Shown here: one piece after another, positions 1 through 8,457 of the stretch | How positions within the stretch are numbered: position 1 is the first letter of the stretch | How the letters are laid out: each line of letters starts with the position of its first letter | Origin: Nanobdellota archaeon | GTDB lineage: Archaea > Nanobdellota > Nanobdellia > Pacearchaeales > GW2011-AR1 | Assembly: GCA_038044205.1 (NCBI GenBank) | Contig: JBBTAN010000017.1 | Coordinates: 30,027 to 94,026, forward strand | Direction: 5' to 3' | DNA length: 64,000 bases | Made by a program: the position numbers and the translations under genes | Notes under the pieces: generated by a model | What the model was told of the DNA's origin: nothing | The model's input: the letters and a program-made list of their open reading frames with translations, nothing else | Database searches by the model: none

Positions 1-13
1 TTTTTATTATCAC

Positions 14-58
14 CCAGCAATTCCTCCCGCCGCTAAAGCAAGCGGGCTTCCTTGCTGG
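14..58 (+). ncRNA. GC-rich nested hairpin with UAAA tetraloop, copy 1 of 3
   Basis: outer stem ccagcaa 14-20 / ttgctgg 52-58; inner stem cccgc 26-30 / gcggg 42-46; apex gc-taaa-gc; same architecture with compensatory changes at 23701-23756. Confidence 0.45.
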
Positions 59-96
59 AAAACCCTGTGAAGAAATATATAAAAGGAATAAATTAA

Positions 97-426
97 ATGT
101 ATAATACAAAAGAAGAAGCAGAAATATCTGCTCAAAAATCAAAGGATATGCTTGATAAATATTGGAAAATAAATATAAAGAAATGTAATAAAGGTTGGTT
201 TTTTGTTCTAACTAATGGATGTAGATCTATATATAAACATTCTAATGGAAAATATTCATGTATGATTACAGATACCCAGAATTATCTTGGCCCTGATGAA
301 GAATGGAGAAATAGAGAATTATTCTATAAACCTGAAAATAGTTTTTCTAAATCTCTTTTAGGAGCTATCAAAAAAGCTGAAAGGATATGGCAAAAATACA
401 TAAAACATATAAATGATTCTTATTAA
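97..426 (+). CDS. hypothetical protein
   Basis: 109-aa ORF with SD-like aaaagga upstream; no family recognised. Confidence 0.6.
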   Translation: MYNTKEEAEISAQKSKDMLDKYWKINIKKCNKGWFFVLTNGCRSIYKHSNGKYSCMITDTQNYLGPDEEWRNRELFYKPENSFSKSLLGAIKKAERIWQKYIKHINDSY

Positions 427-438
427 AAGGAGAAAAGA

Positions 439-624
439 ATGTCACAAGAAGTAAATGATCTACTAAATAAAAAAATTACTTTTCTATTAACAGATGGAAC
501 AACTGTTATAGGTAGGCTAATTAAAGAAAATGTAGATACCGTTGATATGGAATCTTTTGAAGAAAGACCTGCTAATAATTTTAGAATCAGAAAGTCTAAT
601 ATCGTATATTACAAATACGAATAA
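439..624 (+). CDS. small protein, weakly Sm/Hfq-fold-like
   Basis: 61 aa, SD aaaggag; LLNKKITFLLTDGTTVIGRL..VDM resembles an Sm-type strand pattern, weak. Confidence 0.5.
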   Translation: MSQEVNDLLNKKITFLLTDGTTVIGRLIKENVDTVDMESFEERPANNFRIRKSNIVYYKYE

Positions 625-640
625 GAAAGGAGAAAGTAAC

Positions 641-898
641 ATGTTTACCAGAACTAGCTACGCAGTCAAGAGCGGTGATAGGCAAATGATCTTCAACCTC
701 TTTAGGAACAATGATTATAAGGAAACATTTAAGGGACGAGAAGATGATACGGTTGTTAGAATCGAATCTAATGAATATGAGAAAATGGAAAAGGCTGTAC
801 ATGATATGCAGGTACTCAGAGACGGCCTGAAAGAACAGCTTACTTCAATAGATACAGAAGAGGATCTTGATCCAGATGACACCGGAACCGAAAACTAA
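641..898 (+). CDS. hypothetical protein, acidic C-terminus
   Basis: ATG 641 follows SD aaaggagaaag; the track start at 542 lies inside the previous gene. Confidence 0.6.
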   Translation: MFTRTSYAVKSGDRQMIFNLFRNNDYKETFKGREDDTVVRIESNEYEKMEKAVHDMQVLRDGLKEQLTSIDTEEDLDPDDTGTEN

Positions 899-911
899 AG
901 GAAATAATTAA

Positions 912-1151
912 ATGAAAAATAAACTAGATGAACATATTGATAAAACGGCTGAATTAGTTATGGAACGTCTTATTAATCCCAATGTCACAAATGCCACTCC
1001 TATAGAAAGCGATATAATTAATCTTTTATCTTATATTTATCAAGAATTAAAAGAAAAAGATAATGAAATAAAATATCTAGAAGAACAAATATGTAAAATA
1101 GAAAAGAAATTATCTTTTACTGCGAATGTTGTTATGGAAATGGATAGGTAG
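912..1151 (+). CDS. hypothetical coiled-coil protein
   Basis: 79-aa ORF with SD-like aaagga. Confidence 0.55.
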   Translation: MKNKLDEHIDKTAELVMERLINPNVTNATPIESDIINLLSYIYQELKEKDNEIKYLEEQICKIEKKLSFTANVVMEMDR

Positions 1152-1211
1152 TTTTCTAAATCCATAAACTTATTACTATAAAAATATAATCAAATAAGAA
1201 AGGATAACTAT

Positions 1212-1823
1212 ATGAAAGATTATCCCTCTATCGCACGTTCAAATAAAGCTCCTATTGGAGAACATTGTATAGCTTTCTATAAATATGATGGGAGTAATTT
1301 ACGCTGGGAATGGTCCAAGAAAAAGGGATGGAATAAATTCGGAACTAGGAATCATCTATTTGATAAAAATGATCTACAGTTCGGACAAGCTATTCCTCTT
1401 TTTCTTGAAACCATTGCACCTAAATTAGATGATATAATTAAACAAGAATTTAAAAATATTGATATAGTAACTGTATTTACTGAATATTTTGGTCCATCTT
1501 CTTTTGCTGGACAACACCTTCCTGATGAAAAGAAAGAACTTCGTCTTTTTGATGTTTGTCCTCATAAAAAATGTATGATGAATCCTAAAGATTTTATTAA
1601 TATTTTTGGTTCTTTACCATTTGCAGCCCAAGTTGTTTATGAAGGAATACTCGCTGAACAATTTATTGATGATATAAGAAATAATAAATATCCTGTAAAT
1701 GAAGGTGTTGTCTGTAAAGGAGGTGATAGACATAATCTATGGATGGTAAAAATTAAAACAAATATATATAAACAGAAATTAATTGATACTTATGGAAATA
1801 GATGGAACAATTATTGGGAATAA
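1212..1823 (+). CDS. RNA/DNA ligase-family nucleotidyltransferase, short Rnl-like
   Basis: motif I FYKYDGSN (KxDG), then TEYFG, EGVVCKG and WMVKIKT in the order of ligase motifs III, IV and V. Confidence 0.7.
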   Translation: MKDYPSIARSNKAPIGEHCIAFYKYDGSNLRWEWSKKKGWNKFGTRNHLFDKNDLQFGQAIPLFLETIAPKLDDIIKQEFKNIDIVTVFTEYFGPSSFAGQHLPDEKKELRLFDVCPHKKCMMNPKDFINIFGSLPFAAQVVYEGILAEQFIDDIRNNKYPVNEGVVCKGGDRHNLWMVKIKTNIYKQKLIDTYGNRWNNYWE

Positions 1824-1837
1824 ATTATATTTTATAT

Positions 1838-1880
1838 TCAATTGATCCTTTCGTCTCAAAACCTTTATTATTCTATGGTA
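1838..1880 (+). promoter_or_regulatory. degenerate motif-2 element
   Basis: TCAATTGATCCTT followed by ttattc and tatggtAGATGAGAAA; tandem with the full copy at 1919. Confidence 0.4.
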
Positions 1881-1918
1881 GATGAGAAAGAACAAAGAAA
1901 AATAAAATAATTTATATT

Positions 1919-1961
1919 CCAACTGATCCGACATGCTTCTTGTTCCTTCTCATTCTATTAT
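1919..1961 (+). promoter_or_regulatory. motif-2 element (CCAACTGATCCGA-N24-TATTAT)
   Basis: 13-mer shared with 7 other sites; a -10-like hexamer lies 12 nt before ATG 1974. Confidence 0.55.
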
Positions 1962-1973
1962 AGAACAAAGGAA

Positions 1974-2300
1974 ATGACTATGAAACTAGGAGAAATTTTT
2001 ATAATAGTAGCTATTGCAATGATACTTGGTTCTTTATTTTTCTCTTATATAAAAGAATTTAGAGATTCTGTTAAACCTCAATTAGGAAAACAAGTAATTG
2101 AATTGCCAAAAGAAAAACAGATAATATATGAAGAACAAGTAGATAATACAAATATTGGTTTCTTGATAAATATGGCAATAATCTGGTTGGTATTGGATAT
2201 GAAAAGAATTGGATTTATAAAAATATTATTGGAAAAACTTCTTTCGTTGCTTCTCATTTTACTTTGGAACAAAGAAAGAAAACATCATGAAACCAATTGA
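1974..2300 (+). CDS. membrane protein, family T
   Basis: N-terminal TM helix plus IKEFRDSVKPQ, shared with the 2287 gene. Confidence 0.55.
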   Translation: MTMKLGEIFIIVAIAMILGSLFFSYIKEFRDSVKPQLGKQVIELPKEKQIIYEEQVDNTNIGFLINMAIIWLVLDMKRIGFIKILLEKLLSLLLILLWNKERKHHETN

Positions 2301-2601
2301 ACTTGCAATTACTGTTTTTATTATTTCTATTGTTGGCTATATTTTTATTTCAGGTATAAAAGAATTCAGAGACTCTTTAAAACCTCAACCTGTTATAGAA
2401 AAACAAATCCAATCAAAGGAAAATATTCAAGTAAATTATAAAAAAGAAATAGCTAAATTAAATATTATTATTTTAGATATGGAACAAAAAATCAGAGACC
2501 TAGAAAAACTACACGTTGAACAAGAATCTTTTATTTCAGATACAAGGAATATAGAAAAAAGACTGCGACAACTAGAAAAAATTCATTGCGAAAAAGAATA
2601 G
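2287..2601 (+). CDS. membrane-anchored coiled-coil protein, family T
   Basis: TM helix plus IKEFRDSLKPQ; paralog of 1974. Confidence 0.6.
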   Translation: MKPIELAITVFIISIVGYIFISGIKEFRDSLKPQPVIEKQIQSKENIQVNYKKEIAKLNIIILDMEQKIRDLEKLHVEQESFISDTRNIEKRLRQLEKIHCEKE

Positions 2602-2605
2602 AATG

Positions 2606-2614
2606 TTGTATAAT
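2606..2614 (+). promoter_or_regulatory. TTGTATAAT -10-like element upstream of tRNA-Leu
   Basis: gTTGTATAATTAGTTt ends 12 nt before the tRNA 5' end; near-identical strings at 13456 and 47040. Confidence 0.5.
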
Positions 2615-2626
2615 TAGTTTAGAAAT

Positions 2627-2717
2627 GCGGTAGTAGCCGAGCGGCACAGGCAAGGCGCTTAAAACGCCTCGGAAGTAGCAATACTTCTTGTGAGTTCGAA
2701 TCTCACCTACCGCACCA
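2627..2717 (+). tRNA. trnL: tRNA-Leu (anticodon UAA), type II with long variable arm, CCA encoded
   Basis: acceptor gcggtag/ctaccgc; anticodon stem aggcg/cgcct with loop cTTAAaa; variable arm gaagta-gcaa-tacttc; T arm gtgag-ttcgaat-ctcac. Confidence 0.9.
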
Positions 2718-2746
2718 TTTCTTGTTTTTATTAAAGGAAATATAAA

Positions 2747-3532
2747 ATGATAACAAAAGATGAGTTAGTTCAATTATGGAATTCAGATATTACTGTAGTG
2801 AAAGTTAGAGAAAAGTTAGGGAGAATTTCAGAGAGACAATTGTATAAATACCTAAAATTGTACGACATCCCCAAAAGAAAAAGGGGAGGAGTTAGGAAAC
2901 AAACGACATATCCACAAACCATAGAATCTGCTTATGTTATGGGACTTGCTATTGGCGATGGAAATATTTCTAAATTAAAAAGAACTTTAAGACTTAGATT
3001 GTATTGCGATGAAAGATATAAAAAACTTATAGATAAATGGAAGTTATCTTGTGAAAATGTATTTCAAAGAAGAGTGTCTATATCAAATCATCATTGTGGC
3101 AAATGTAAAATCATATCTATACATACTAATGCTCTTTCTACTTTTCCTTGGGAACCAAATAAAGGACATAAATGGAAGCAAAAAGTAAAGATTCCAGATT
3201 GGATAATTGAAAACGAGGAATTTTTACATGCTTGTATGAGAGGTTTGTTTGAAACAGATGGTTGTTAGTATACACAGATAATAAAAACAAAAAATCATGA
3301 ATATTGTTATGAAAGAGCTAATTTTTGCAATTCGTCAAAAGAATTAATAAAACAGGTGATAAATTATCTTAAAAAATATGATATTCATTTTTGCGTATTC
3401 AAAAGAAAATATAGAAAAGGTATCATTAGAATTACTAGACAGAAATTTAAATCTACCTCAACAAATTATGCTATTGCTGTAAATGGATATGAAAAATTAA
3501 AAGAATTGACAGGATTTGTAAAGAAGGAATAA
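2747..3532 (+). pseudogene. LAGLIDADG homing endonuclease interrupted by an in-frame TAG at 3266-3268
   Basis: motifs MGLAIGDGN and RGLFETDGC; after the TAG the same frame stays open for 87 more codons (..FCNSSKELIKQVINYLKKYDIHF..), ending at TAA 3530. Confidence 0.75.
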
Positions 3533-3539
3533 AAAAAAT

Positions 3540-3670
3540 AACAGGTTGCAATGTAGATGACCGATATATTAGGTGGGAAATGGGCCGGAGCGTCATGTCC
3601 TCCGTTATTATCTCCTTAACCGAAAGCTGCCGCCCATGCTGAAGGCTTTCCTTTTACATTGCAACCTGTT
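3540..3670 (+). ncRNA. hairpin-closed GC-rich structured element U1
   Basis: perfect 16-bp closing stem aacaggttgcaatgta 3540-3555 / tacattgcaacctgtt 3655-3670 around a GC-rich core of about 100 nt. Confidence 0.45.
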
Positions 3671-3684
3671 TTTAATTAAAAAAT

Positions 3685-3799
3685 AGAAAATAAATAATGT
3701 CCTTTGTGTGGAGCCAAGCCAGCCGGTGATAAACACACCGTTAGTTTTCTCGGCGTAGTCTGTTGCTGGTAACTGTAGGACTACTATTATTTATTTTCT
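3685..3799 (+). ncRNA. hairpin-closed structured element U2
   Basis: closing arms agaaaataaataatgtcct / aggactactattatttattttct; GC-rich core with gtgtg/cacac and ccagc/gctgg pairings. Confidence 0.4.
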
Positions 3800-3814
3800 T
3801 TTTATTTTTTATTT

Positions 3815-3909
3815 AGAAAAATAATAATATTGCTTATTGCAAACTACTTGGCCAGGATAACATGTATTTTGTTCGGCCAATTCAGTAGAAATACTATTAT
3901 TATTTTTCT
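3815..3909 (+). ncRNA. hairpin-closed structured element U3
   Basis: 15-bp closing stem agaaaaataataata 3815-3829 / tattattatttttct 3895-3909; inner ttggcc/ggccaa stem. Confidence 0.4.
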
Positions 3910-3919
3910 TTTTTATTTT

Positions 3920-4009
3920 GGCAGATGATACCGCATTGTGGCGGATAAATTGGAGCAAAATGCGCGGGATGCAATCTATTTTCCAATTTTAGGATTGTTA
4001 TCATCTGCC
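3920..4009 (+). ncRNA. hairpin-closed structured element U4
   Basis: 11-bp closing stem ggcagatgata / tatcatctgcc followed by a T run; core contains attgtggc and attttccaatt strings. Confidence 0.4.
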
Positions 4010-4024
4010 TTTTTAAATAAAAAA

Positions 4025-4107
4025 AATATATTAGTTCTCTTTTGTGTAGAGTGTCATTTAACCGCCTATAATGACAACAAATTCATCCAATTTGTAGCTA
4101 ATATATT
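4025..4107 (+). ncRNA. hairpin-closed structured element U5
   Basis: closing stem aatatattag / ctaatatatt; inner stem gtcatt/aatgac. Confidence 0.35.
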
Positions 4108-4189
4108 TAAAACAAAGTCACTTGTAGTGAGGGAATGGAACGAATAGATAGTGAACTGCGCTTCCCATCTATCTAAAACCCACAATCCC

Positions 4190-4229
4190 GCCAGATGAAT
4201 CTCCATATAATCTGGCCTTTGTTTTTTTA
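4190..4229 (+). terminator. hairpin plus T-run closing the noncoding array
   Basis: gccagat 4190-4196 / atctggc 4210-4216 followed by ctttgttttttt. Confidence 0.5.
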
Positions 4230-4241
4230 TTAGGGAGAAAA

Positions 4242-4619
4242 ATGAAAAATATAGAAAATAAATCCGTTATTGAGGAGATGAACTTTTATCCACGTAAAAT
4301 GAAATGTTTTAAATGTGGAATTACAATTGTTTTTTATGGAAATAAGAAGCCAAGTATTAGTTATGATGATTGGGATTTGAGGGATAATAAAGAAATATGT
4401 TATAGGTGTGCAACTACTAATTGTAGGTCAATAGATCCAATGAATATGAGTTTACTTCATTATGCTGCTTTAGAAAATAGATTAGAATCATGTAAATTTT
4501 TAATAAATAAAATAGATATAAATATATTAAATGATAGAAATGAAACACCATTAGATTTGGCGAAGGATAAAAAATTAATTTATTTTTTAGAAAGTAAGGG
4601 AGCAAAAAGGAGTAAGTAA
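4242..4619 (+). CDS. zinc-ribbon plus ankyrin-repeat protein, family F N-terminus
   Basis: FKCGITIVFYG..CYRCA Cys pairs; C-terminal LLHYAALENRLESCKFLINK..NETPLDLA ankyrin signature. Confidence 0.75.
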   Translation: MKNIENKSVIEEMNFYPRKMKCFKCGITIVFYGNKKPSISYDDWDLRDNKEICYRCATTNCRSIDPMNMSLLHYAALENRLESCKFLINKIDINILNDRNETPLDLAKDKKLIYFLESKGAKRSK

Positions 4620-4620
4620 A

Positions 4621-4884
4621 ATGAGAGAAGAAACTGTTGTTGAGACAAAAGCATGGAAACTTACTTGTAATGATTGTGGTAGGATAGAATTTTATTATGG
4701 AGATAAATTGCCTACTCATTTTTGGTTAGGATGGAATTTAGATGGAGGTGAACTTTGTTTTACCTGTGCATCAGTAGCAGGTAAACCAACTAACGCATCT
4801 CAGGAATTAGCTCAGAGAAAAGAGGATAAAAAGAATAAAAAAGGAGTAAGTAAACATGGAAAGACACACAAGACCACCTCTTAA
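4621..4884 (+). CDS. zinc-ribbon protein, family F
   Basis: CNDCGRIEFYYG..CFTCA parallels the N-terminus of 4242. Confidence 0.6.
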   Translation: MREETVVETKAWKLTCNDCGRIEFYYGDKLPTHFWLGWNLDGGELCFTCASVAGKPTNASQELAQRKEDKKNKKGVSKHGKTHKTTS

Positions 4885-5170
4885 AGCACCATTTTCAGTT
4901 GGAACTAAACTTAGATATATAGGAGATAGGAAAGTATCTTCTCTTATTGATGGAAAATATGTTCCTATTCTTTTTAATGGAATGGAAACTAAAATTATTT
5001 CCATTAGCCCTGGCTGGCAAGGAACGGGAATGATTATAGATGTAAATGATGAAACAGGTGAGGATATAATTGATTGCACTCATGATGATACTTCAGTATA
5101 TGAAACAGTAAATGGAGAGAAAAGATTGATTCACAATGAAAATAAAAAAGAATGGCAGGTAATAGAATGA
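4856..5170 (+). CDS. hypothetical protein, family E
   Basis: SD aaggagtaagtaaac; PPLKAPFSVGTKLRYIGDR..KKEWQVIE. Confidence 0.65.
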   Translation: MERHTRPPLKAPFSVGTKLRYIGDRKVSSLIDGKYVPILFNGMETKIISISPGWQGTGMIIDVNDETGEDIIDCTHDDTSVYETVNGEKRLIHNENKKEWQVIE

Positions 5171-5478
5171 AAAATACAAATCCACCATTAGAAGCTCCAT
5201 TTCCAGTTGGGACTAAATTAAAATATATTGGAGACAGGAGAAGTTGTGCTTTTATTAATGGAGAATATGTTCCTTGTATGTATAATGGCCTGGAAATAGA
5301 AATTATTTCCATTGACAAAGGAAGACATGGAACAGGACAAGTTCTTTTTGTAGATGAAGAAACAGGCGAAGAAGCATATTATAATACTGTAAATGGAAGC
5401 TCAGTATATGAAAATATAAAAGGTGAGAAGAGGTGTATTTTTCCTGAAAGTAAAAATGAATGGCAAGTAATAGAATAG
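5167..5478 (+). CDS. hypothetical protein, family E
   Basis: ATGA overlap with the 4856 stop; PPLEAPFPVGTKLKYIGDR..KNEWQVIE. Confidence 0.65.
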   Translation: MKNTNPPLEAPFPVGTKLKYIGDRRSCAFINGEYVPCMYNGLEIEIISIDKGRHGTGQVLFVDEETGEEAYYNTVNGSSVYENIKGEKRCIFPESKNEWQVIE

Positions 5479-5492
5479 AAAGGAAAATAAAC

Positions 5493-5915
5493 ATGAACTG
5501 GGACCATAAGGATATTTGGCGGAAACGTGAAGATAAATTTTTAATTGAAATTTCTAGGCATGAAGTGGATTATAAAGAGAAAGATAAAGGATCAAGTAGA
5601 TGGTGTATTTATATTTATATCTATCCTGGATATTTTTTGTTTGAGAAAATTTTAAAAGAAGGAAGACATTCTGATATTATTAATGATATGCCATTGCATG
5701 GTGGAGAGTCTTATTTTCAGAAACATATAAATGAAAAAGGAGAAATAACAAGTATACAAATTGGTGCAGATTACGATCATCTCCATGATGACAGATATTC
5801 ATTCTACAATACAAAAGAAAATGCTTCTTCAGTGTTTGCAGATGCTGATAATCTTTTTAACTGGGCAAAAATAAATAATAAAGAAAAAGAATCAATTGTA
5901 TTTTATGATATTTAA
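5493..5915 (+). CDS. hypothetical protein
   Basis: ATG 5493 after SD gaaaggaaaataaac; the track start at 5460 overlaps the previous gene. Confidence 0.6.
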   Translation: MNWDHKDIWRKREDKFLIEISRHEVDYKEKDKGSSRWCIYIYIYPGYFLFEKILKEGRHSDIINDMPLHGGESYFQKHINEKGEITSIQIGADYDHLHDDRYSFYNTKENASSVFADADNLFNWAKINNKEKESIVFYDI

Positions 5916-5926
5916 AAGGAGTAAAA

Positions 5927-6460
5927 ATGGAAATCATCAATATGTCAGTTGAGTTCAAAGTTATGGAAGAATTAAAAAATAAATTGTGTAGTATTAATAG
6001 TGATTTACATATTTCTTTCTATATAGATAGAAGAAAATCGACAGTTGGTTTAACTTTTGATGAAAAATGTATTGAATGGCAAATTGATGTTAAAGATAGA
6101 GAAAGATTTGTATTGAAAACATATTGTATATCTGAAAATATTATGAGAGGAATAAGAACCAATAGCGACAGTAAAAGATATCCAGATATTCATCCAGAAT
6201 CAGAAGATGTTACATCTGTTGTAAATGATATTCTTTTTATTATAAAAGAATATAATAAAAGTATTAGTGACATGCCAGAGAAGCAACGGAAATTTATAGA
6301 GGATGGAGCTAAGAAATGTCCTTATTGCGATAATTGGTTATTTCTTACTTCTTGTAATTTCCCTTCTATACGTTTTGGAACAGTTGAATTTTATGTTACA
6401 TGTAAATCTTGTAATAAAAATATAAATGTTATATATAAATTGGATCGTTTTGAGGAATAG
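5927..6460 (+). CDS. hypothetical protein with C-terminal zinc ribbon
   Basis: 177 aa, SD aaaggag; CPYCDN..CKSCNK. Confidence 0.65.
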   Translation: MEIINMSVEFKVMEELKNKLCSINSDLHISFYIDRRKSTVGLTFDEKCIEWQIDVKDRERFVLKTYCISENIMRGIRTNSDSKRYPDIHPESEDVTSVVNDILFIIKEYNKSISDMPEKQRKFIEDGAKKCPYCDNWLFLTSCNFPSIRFGTVEFYVTCKSCNKNINVIYKLDRFEE

Positions 6461-6509
6461 GATATGAGCAAATCTACATTAGTTGAGAAAGCATTATTGG
6501 CATTTTAAC

Positions 6510-6586
6510 GAGGGCGTAGCTCAGTTGGCTAGAACAAAAAGCTTTTAACTTTTAGGCCGTGAGTTCGAGCCTCACCGCTCTCACCA
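6510..6586 (+). tRNA. trnK: tRNA-Lys (anticodon UUU), CCA encoded
   Basis: acceptor gagggcg/cgctctc; anticodon stem aaaag/ctttt with loop cTTTTaa; T arm gtgag-ttcgagc-ctcac; one C-A mismatch in the D stem. Confidence 0.85.
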
Positions 6587-6621
6587 TTTTAACAAACAAA
6601 AATATAGAAAGGAGAGTAAAT

Positions 6622-7200
6622 TTGACTCACATTCCTATTGTAATTGAAAAGACTAAAGGCGGAGAACGCGGCTATGATATTTATAGCCGTTTACTCAAAG
6701 ATAGTATTATTTTTATTGGTGATTCAATTGATGATAATTTAGCTAATTCTGTTATTGCGCAAATGTTATTTCTCAGCCTAGAGAAAAAAGAAAAAGAAAT
6801 ATCTATTTATATTAATAGTCCAGGTGGTAATGTTACTTCAGGCATGGCTATATATGATACTATGCGTTATATTTCTAATCCTATTGCGACTTTCTGTCTT
6901 GGACAATGCGCCAGCATGGCTGCTGTTCTTTTAGCGGCTGGAGATAAAGGAAGACGGTTCTCTCTTCCTAATTCAAGAATTATGATTCATCAACCTTGGG
7001 GCGGGGCGTCGGGAAGCGCGTCTGATATTAGAATCCAAGCTAATGAAATTGAACGTCTAAAAAAATCAATTAATAAAATATTAGTAGATCATTCTGGTAA
7101 ACCTATTGAGACTGTAGAAAAAGATACAGATAGGGATTTTTTTATGAGTCCAAAAGAAGCTATTGAATATGGTTTAATTGATACTGTTCTTGGAGAATAA
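6622..7200 (+). CDS. clpP: ATP-dependent Clp protease proteolytic subunit ClpP
   Basis: TTG start after SD aaaggagag; [35 protein letters not shown] (Ser), MIHQPWGG (His), EAIEYGLID; the track ORF start lies inside the tRNA. Confidence 0.9.
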   Translation: MTHIPIVIEKTKGGERGYDIYSRLLKDSIIFIGDSIDDNLANSVIAQMLFLSLEKKEKEISIYINSPGGNVTSGMAIYDTMRYISNPIATFCLGQCASMAAVLLAAGDKGRRFSLPNSRIMIHQPWGGASGSASDIRIQANEIERLKKSINKILVDHSGKPIETVEKDTDRDFFMSPKEAIEYGLIDTVLGE

Positions 7201-7203
7201 TAA

Positions 7204-7530
7204 ATGGATTTCTTACCTAAAAAAAGAATAATTAGAGAATTTTCATTAGGTGTTTTAAAAAATCCACAAGTATGGCCTCAAAATTTTCTTTTTGTTATGA
7301 AAATAAAAAATGATTTACATTTAGAATTATTAGGAGTTGTATTTGCAAATGAATATATTGTTCATGCTATTAAACAAGATAAACCTATCTGGGACTCAAT
7401 AGCAGCAGGAGAAGATGAAATTTATATCTATAAATCCTATGAAGATATGATAGATGATAATTGGTTTGTTAATCCGCATAGCTATAATCAACAATGCTGT
7501 GCAATTAAACTCAAATGGAGTGGAGAATAA
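7204..7530 (+). CDS. hypothetical protein
   Basis: 108-aa ORF, SD ggag 8 nt upstream. Confidence 0.6.
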   Translation: MDFLPKKRIIREFSLGVLKNPQVWPQNFLFVMKIKNDLHLELLGVVFANEYIVHAIKQDKPIWDSIAAGEDEIYIYKSYEDMIDDNWFVNPHSYNQQCCAIKLKWSGE

Positions 7531-7544
7531 TTTTTTTCTATTTT

Positions 7545-7582
7545 CCAATTGATCCGACCATGAACCAAATTTATTTTATTTT
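7545..7582 (+). promoter_or_regulatory. motif-2 element (CCAATTGATCCGA-N19-TATTTT)
   Basis: preceded by tattttCC; 24 nt upstream of ATG 7606. Confidence 0.55.
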
Positions 7583-7605
7583 TATTTTTGAAAAGGAGAA
7601 AATAA

Positions 7606-7935
7606 ATGAAAAAGCAATTTGTTGCTGTATTAAATATTACTGTTTATAATGAAGATAATTATTCAAATGATATATCTGCTATTACTGGAAATTCAATTGA
7701 TGAAATAACAATAAAAATAAAAGAAAATATTAAAAATGGAATTCATTTTAATTCTGTAGAGATCTATGAAGTAAATAATAATCCTATTATTTTAGATTTA
7801 AATGAATTATATAAAGAGATAGAAAAAGAAAGAAAGGCTGAATATAGAAAGAAAAATAAAGAAGCTAAAATTAAACAGGAAGCTAGGGATAAAGAATTAT
7901 ATTTGGAATTAAAAAAGAAATACGAAAAGGAATAA
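7606..7935 (+). CDS. hypothetical protein
   Basis: 109 aa, SD aaaaggag; very rich in AAA, ATA and TTA codons. Confidence 0.65.
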   Translation: MKKQFVAVLNITVYNEDNYSNDISAITGNSIDEITIKIKENIKNGIHFNSVEIYEVNNNPIILDLNELYKEIEKERKAEYRKKNKEAKIKQEARDKELYLELKKKYEKE

Positions 7936-7940
7936 ATAAA

Positions 7941-8453
7941 ATGGGAAAGTTTGAAAATTCAGATATAGATGAGCAAATTATTATTGATCTTGAAAATAAA
8001 ATGAAACAGTGTATGGATGAATATGGGAACATGACTCTGGGGTATCATGATACCTATAAAGCATTGAAATTGGCTAAAAATAGTAAAGATGAAGCAGCTA
8101 TAAAAGAAGCTCAAAGAAATCATCAAAAAACTATTGAAAATGATAATGATAAAAGGATTGAAAACGGTAAGAAATATAATGAATTATATTTAGAATTAAT
8201 TAAAATATTAACATCTATTAGAATACCTAAAACATACCATATTAGAGATGGATGTCACAATTGTGTTTATGGTTTTGATATGGGAGGCGAAACGTCAGGA
8301 GAACAACTTATCTGTACAATTCGCAAGCCAAATATAAAAACTGAAAGACTTTATAGTAATTATGATCATACTAGCTCTGGTACATCAAAAGATATTTTTT
8401 ATTGCAGACAAGTAGAATCATCTGGTTATTGTGATGGGCATAAAAAGGAGTAA
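7941..8453 (+). CDS. hypothetical protein
   Basis: 170 aa with SD. Confidence 0.65.
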   Translation: MGKFENSDIDEQIIIDLENKMKQCMDEYGNMTLGYHDTYKALKLAKNSKDEAAIKEAQRNHQKTIENDNDKRIENGKKYNELYLELIKILTSIRIPKTYHIRDGCHNCVYGFDMGGETSGEQLICTIRKPNIKTERLYSNYDHTSSGTSKDIFYCRQVESSGYCDGHKKE

Positions 8454-8457
8454 AAAT

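Noticed and set aside
3938-4147. 69-aa + strand ORF (GTG start) inside the noncoding array
   Set aside because: It has no SD. It spans two of the hairpin-closed structured units and their stems, and its composition is unlike neighbouring genes. An RNA-level explanation fits better.
3540-4230. tmRNA, RNase P RNA, 6S RNA, extra tRNAs or a group I intron in the structured array
   Set aside because: I found no GGTTCGA-type T-loop, no tmRNA tag frame with a tRNA-like end and no RNase P conserved boxes. tRNA-Leu(UAA) itself is uninterrupted. Identity remains unknown rather than assigned.
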